Source: Anderseniella sp.
GTDB taxonomy: Bacteria > Pseudomonadota > Alphaproteobacteria > Rhizobiales > Aestuariivirgaceae
Length of the DNA: 49,393 nucleotides
Assembly (NCBI GenBank): GCA_036350935.1
Contig: JAZBOA010000095.1
Location: forward strand, 1 to 49,393
Reading direction: 5' to 3'
In this document: piece after piece, positions 45,577 to 49,393 of the stretch
Numbering within the stretch: position 1 is the stretch's first letter
Layout of the letters: each line of letters opens with the position of its first letter
Program-made: the position numbers and the translations under genes
The notes under the pieces: model-generated
What the model was told of the DNA's origin: nothing
Databases searched by the model: none
What the model saw: the letters and a program-made list of their open reading frames with translations, nothing else

Positions 45577-47462
45577 ACCCCGGCCAGCCCGCCCATCAGC
45601 ACCAGCTCGCAGGCAATCGCCTCGATCTCGCGGCCAATGGGGCGGTCTTCGTCCATGAACGCCGAATACTGCCGCACCATCGCATGCGCCTGCGCCATCC
45701 GGTGGGCGATCGCATCCGGCTTTGCCAGGTCAACCGCCTGCGCGGCGGCAACCAGCTCGTAAGCCACGAGATAGCTCATCGTCTCGCACAACTGGTCCAG
45801 CTTGCGCGCCGCAAGCGGGCTGAGCGTGGCGGCATCCTCAACCCCGTTGGCGTTGAAACTGGCTACAACCGGCACCGGACTGGACAGGTGAATCACCTCG
45901 GCCCGCAGCGCCTCCAGCGGCTTCAGCAGGGGACCGAAGCCGGCCCGGCTGGTCGTGGCTGACGACAACAGCGGCGGCAACCCGGACACCTCCGGCGAGC
46001 ACAGCCGCTGGATGCGCGAAACAAGATCATTGGCCGCCTGAGCCAGCGCACGCGATGCGGTATCAAGTGACTGGGCCAGCCACGACGTGTGATAATTGCC
46101 GGCAGAGATCACCCGGCCTTCCCCGATCACCACCAGCGGGTTGTCGGGACAGCTGTTGAGCTCGACCGTCACCGCCTGCTCGAGCATTTGCAGGGCCGCC
46201 AGCGCCGAACCATGGATCTGCGCCACCGAACGGATCGAGACCGGGTCCTGCAACCGCCGCGCCGCTCCCGGTTCATGCAGGCCGCTGCCTTCAAGCAGCT
46301 TCATCAGCAACGCCGCTGTTTCCGCCTGGCCCGGTTGTGGCCGCGCCCTGTTGGCAGCGGGCGCCAGCGGTGACAGGTTGGCCCTGAACCCTTCCATGCT
46401 CAGCGCGGCCGCCAGGTTAGCCCCAGCCAGCACGCGCCGCGCCTTGGCCAGCGCCAGCGCAGCGGACCCAACCGAGTGCGCCGGGTTGTTGCACAGGGCA
46501 AGCCCATCCTTGGGCCCCAGTTGCAGCGGCTTCAGCCCCGCCTTCTTCAGCGCTTGCACAGCAGGCAAGCGTTTGCCGTCCACAAATGCTTCGCCCTCGC
46601 CGATCAGTGCATGGGCCATGCCGGCCATCACCACCAGGTCGCCCGCCCCGATGGAGCCGGTGCGCGGCATCACCGGCGTGAAGCCGGCATTGAGCGCATC
46701 GGCCAGCGCCTGCGCCACGTGGGGGCTGGCGCCAGCTTCACCCGTCAGCAGCGTATTGAGCCTCACCAGCATGGCGGCGCGAACCTCCGGCACGGTGAGC
46801 GGCTCGCCCACCGCCTGCGCCCGGCCACGCACCGTCTGGTACGAGAAGGCGGCTGCCTCATCGCGCGACAGCAGTTCGGTAGCGCGCATGCCCAATCCCG
46901 TGGTCAGGCCGTAGGCCGGCAGGCCTTCGTCGAAATACCGATCGACGGCGGCGCGTCCCCGCTGCATTGCGTCTGCTGCCTCCGGTGCAACCTCGACCTT
47001 GCGGCTCCGTGCCACCGCCTCCACATCAGCCACCGTCAGCGCCCGGCCCGTCAGCACCAGAGCCCCGGCCTCCGGCTTGCCGGCTTTGGCGCCCGCGAGC
47101 AGCCGTTCAAGATTGACAACCGCGCGCTGGTGACGGCCGGCCATGATCACCTTGCCGCCCTGCCGGGCTTCCACTTCGAAGGTCAGGCGGATGCCGTCAA
47201 TCTCGACAAGCTGCGAGGAAACGTCGACCGGCTGGTCCGGCGATGCCGCCCCCAGATGCTTCAGGTCGAAGCCGGTGCCGACACTTGCTTCGCCCTCTTC
47301 GAACAGGTGTTCGACAGCGTAAAGGGCAGCGAATTCCAGATAGCCGATGGTGGCGGGCGACGACACCACGTCGACTCCGGCATTGCCAATGGCCGAGGCA
47401 AGATCGGCCGGCTTGGGCCACACCTTGCCTTCATACCGCAGTCCAGGTTGGGCCGGTTTCAT
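45567..47462 (-). CDS. Fusion of an FlK-like hot-dog thioesterase and a histidine/aromatic amino-acid lyase-family domain lacking the ASG (MIO) motif
   Basis: N-terminal VVSSPATIGYLE...SVG...HLGA...GRHQRAVV; then YGLTTGLG, GSIGAGDL, KDGLALCN, QDPVSIR, DNP, GNYH, NGVED. Confidence 0.82.
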   Translation of the reverse strand: MKPAQPGLRYEGKVWPKPADLASAIGNAGVDVVSSPATIGYLEFAALYAVEHLFEEGEASVGTGFDLKHLGAASPDQPVDVSSQLVEIDGIRLTFEVEARQGGKVIMAGRHQRAVVNLERLLAGAKAGKPEAGALVLTGRALTVADVEAVARSRKVEVAPEAADAMQRGRAAVDRYFDEGLPAYGLTTGLGMRATELLSRDEAAAFSYQTVRGRAQAVGEPLTVPEVRAAMLVRLNTLLTGEAGASPHVAQALADALNAGFTPVMPRTGSIGAGDLVVMAGMAHALIGEGEAFVDGKRLPAVQALKKAGLKPLQLGPKDGLALCNNPAHSVGSAALALAKARRVLAGANLAAALSMEGFRANLSPLAPAANRARPQPGQAETAALLMKLLEGSGLHEPGAARRLQDPVSIRSVAQIHGSALAALQMLEQAVTVELNSCPDNPLVVIGEGRVISAGNYHTSWLAQSLDTASRALAQAANDLVSRIQRLCSPEVSGLPPLLSSATTSRAGFGPLLKPLEALRAEVIHLSSPVPVVASFNANGVEDAATLSPLAARKLDQLCETMSYLVAYELVAAAQAVDLAKPDAIAHRMAQAHAMVRQYSAFMDEDRPIGREIEAIACELVLMGGLAGVYR

Positions 47463-47496
47463 GAAACGTCATTCCGGAAGATTTGTCCCGCCAGCC

Positions 47497-48219
47497 TTAC
47501 GCAGGCCGGCCGGGCGGGGATGGTTTGCGAACACCACCCGACTCTAGGATGAAGCGGTTCGATCGCACAAGCTTGTCGCGCATGTTTCGGGCAAAACTGC
47601 TCTCCAGCGCGTTGGCGATCTCGCCATCCTTGCCAACCAGATCGCGCAGTTGTTGCGCCTCGATGGCCCAATACCGGCTGTCCCGGATCAGCTTGACCGT
47701 CCCGTTGGCAGGATCGCCATGCAGCGCCGTCATCTCGCCGATGAAGGCGCCGGGTTCACACACCGCCACCGGCTTGCCGCCGGATGACACCAGCGCCTGG
47801 CCATCGGCCAGATAGATCAGGTGACTGACCGGCGCTCCTTCCCGGGTGAGCTGGGTGCCCTTGTCGCCCGATATCCACATACCGTGGTTGAGCAGCTTGC
47901 GCCGCTGCGCCATGGAGAGGTTGGGCAGGTGTCCATCCATGAAGGCCCGCTCCTCGTCACTGAACCGCGCAGACCGGTTCTGGTGCCATGTAATGAGCAA
48001 TTGCACGATGTTGACCACAACCAGCAGCGTTTCCCAGAATGTGCCGACGGGGTCACGCAGCACGATGCTGGCATAGGTGATGCCGACAATGGCCGACAGG
48101 ATCACCAGGATGCGCAGCCAGACCATCCGGCGCATCATCATGGATATTACAAGCAGGATGTAACTGGTATGGCCGAACAACCCTTCCGCCGACAGGGCTG
48201 ATTCAAGAGTCAATTCCAT
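47497..48219 (-). CDS. Membrane protein with a cyclic-nucleotide-binding domain (Popeye-like architecture)
   Basis: Three N-terminal TM segments (GHTSY...LRIL...WETL..VN), then LTREG...LIYLADG...FIGEM; no HTH. Confidence 0.78.
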   Translation of the reverse strand: MELTLESALSAEGLFGHTSYILLVISMMMRRMVWLRILVILSAIVGITYASIVLRDPVGTFWETLLVVVNIVQLLITWHQNRSARFSDEERAFMDGHLPNLSMAQRRKLLNHGMWISGDKGTQLTREGAPVSHLIYLADGQALVSSGGKPVAVCEPGAFIGEMTALHGDPANGTVKLIRDSRYWAIEAQQLRDLVGKDGEIANALESSFARNMRDKLVRSNRFILESGGVRKPSPPGRPA

Positions 48220-48270
48220 AAGCGGCTGCCCGTCTTGATTGCACTGTTGCAATCAAACGATGAATGCGGA

Positions 48271-49305
48271 TCAATCACAAGACGCAACGTCAACCCAGCA
48301 GCGGTTCTCGGCCGACGCGTAACAGGCCCGCTCGACCGCCTGCACAACCAGATAATCCGCAGCCTCGTTTTCCAGCGGGCTGCCATCCACCATGTGGCGG
48401 ACCACGTGGTTGCACAGGTTGAAGACGCAGTCGCCGCCGAAGGCGGTATCCTTGAAGCTGAACGGGATTTCTGTCTCTTCAACAACACCATGGGAGCGCA
48501 GCAACAACCGGCCCTCTCCATCCAGACGCAAGCTCGCTGCGGATCCCTCGACCAGCAGCTCACCCATGGTGCGGCGCAGATTGCTGGCAGCATGGTCCAC
48601 CAGCCGGTTGCAGTCGAGAACACCGCGCACCCCGCCCGGCATGTCGAAGATCATCAATCCCGCATCCTCGCCGGCGATTACCGGGTTGAGGCGGCGCAGG
48701 TCGGCGAACACGGCAGACGGATTGCCGGCCAGGTAGCGGAACGTATCGATCCAGTGCACCCCGGTTTCGTGCACCAGGAACCGCTCCATCTTCTGGAAGT
48801 AAGGCTGGCGCGACAGATAGGCGTCGGGGCCCTGGCCATCGCCCGGCCTCAAGCGGAAGGTGATCTGGTACACCTGGCCGAGCGCGCCCTGATCGAGCAG
48901 CTCCTTCACCTTGCGGTACCACGGCTGGAAGCGGAAGTTCTCGTGAACGCAGATGAACTTGCCGGCCTGGCGTGAGAGTTCAACCGCCTCGCGCGCCTCT
49001 TCCTGGCTGGCGCAGAATGGCTTCTGGCAAATCACCGGAATGCCGCGCTGCATGGCCACCCGGATCAGCGGCAGGTGCGAGGACGGCGGCGTGACGATGT
49101 CCACGAGGTCCGACTGAACCTCGTCGAGCATGGCGGTCATGTCGGTGAAGTGCGGCACACCGGCAGCCTCACCCGCCGCGCGCGCCGCCGCCTCGTTGAT
49201 GTCACTGATCCCGGCAAGCACCACGCCCGGGACACGGCTCCAGGCGTCGTGATGCAGCCTTGCGAAATATCCTGCCCCGGCCACGGCAACCTTCAGCACA
49301 CCCAT
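48271..49305 (-). CDS. Gfo/Idh/MocA-family oxidoreductase
   Basis: GAGYF, DIVTPP, CQKP, HENFRF, ETGVHWID. Confidence 0.9.
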   Translation of the reverse strand: MGVLKVAVAGAGYFARLHHDAWSRVPGVVLAGISDINEAAARAAGEAAGVPHFTDMTAMLDEVQSDLVDIVTPPSSHLPLIRVAMQRGIPVICQKPFCASQEEAREAVELSRQAGKFICVHENFRFQPWYRKVKELLDQGALGQVYQITFRLRPGDGQGPDAYLSRQPYFQKMERFLVHETGVHWIDTFRYLAGNPSAVFADLRRLNPVIAGEDAGLMIFDMPGGVRGVLDCNRLVDHAASNLRRTMGELLVEGSAASLRLDGEGRLLLRSHGVVEETEIPFSFKDTAFGGDCVFNLCNHVVRHMVDGSPLENEAADYLVVQAVERACYASAENRCWVDVASCD

Positions 49306-49308
49306 GGT

Positions 49309-49392
49309 TCAAAGCCCCTTCGCTGCCAGCAGCGGAGCAATGTCCACCCGCCAGTGCGGCAAGGGATGACCGGCAACAGGCATCGGAAAATG
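49309..49392 (-). CDS. C-terminal end of an unidentified upstream gene (partial)
   Basis: Open frame HFPMPVAGHPLPHWRVDIAPLLAAKGL-stop ends 3 nt before the oxidoreductase ATG. Confidence 0.55.
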   Translation of the reverse strand, partial: HFPMPVAGHPLPHWRVDIAPLLAAKGL

Positions 49393-49393
49393 C

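Noticed and set aside
1-49393. CRISPR array, rRNA, IS transposase or recognisable defence operon
   Set aside because: No regularly spaced repeats, rRNA signatures or transposase motifs were seen by eye.

Overview
High-GC chromosomal window from an alphaproteobacterium, probably Hyphomicrobiales-like (inferred from gene content, rpmF-mtgA-ispA synteny and a CTAGAGCA...TGCTCTAG intergenic repeat). It opens with the right end of an integrative element: a tyrosine-integrase 5' end plus a duplicated tRNA-Arg(CCT) 3' half. Next come a malonate TRAP/matAB operon with its GntR regulator, a beta-CASP nuclease, EamA and LOG genes, a LuxO-like sigma-54 activator, acyl-CoA ligases, c-type cytochromes, a GNAT-JmjC pair and rpmF/mtgA/ispA/ispG. 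The right half is a long nitrogenous-solute catabolic region (GpuA-like, DoeA, DauA-like, AruI, split aconitase X, MttB-like, OCD-like) that also carries cysD/cysNC. Three features stand out. (1) The LuxO-like activator has a degenerate receiver domain and lies beside tandem LuxO-type boxes and a well-formed -24/-12 promoter. (2) A 2.6-kb recombinase-free, lower-GC module is bounded by a 9-bp direct repeat whose removal rebuilds a hairpin. (3) A FlK-type thioesterase is fused to an MIO-less aromatic amino-acid lyase. All calls come from reading motifs by eye; no database search was run.
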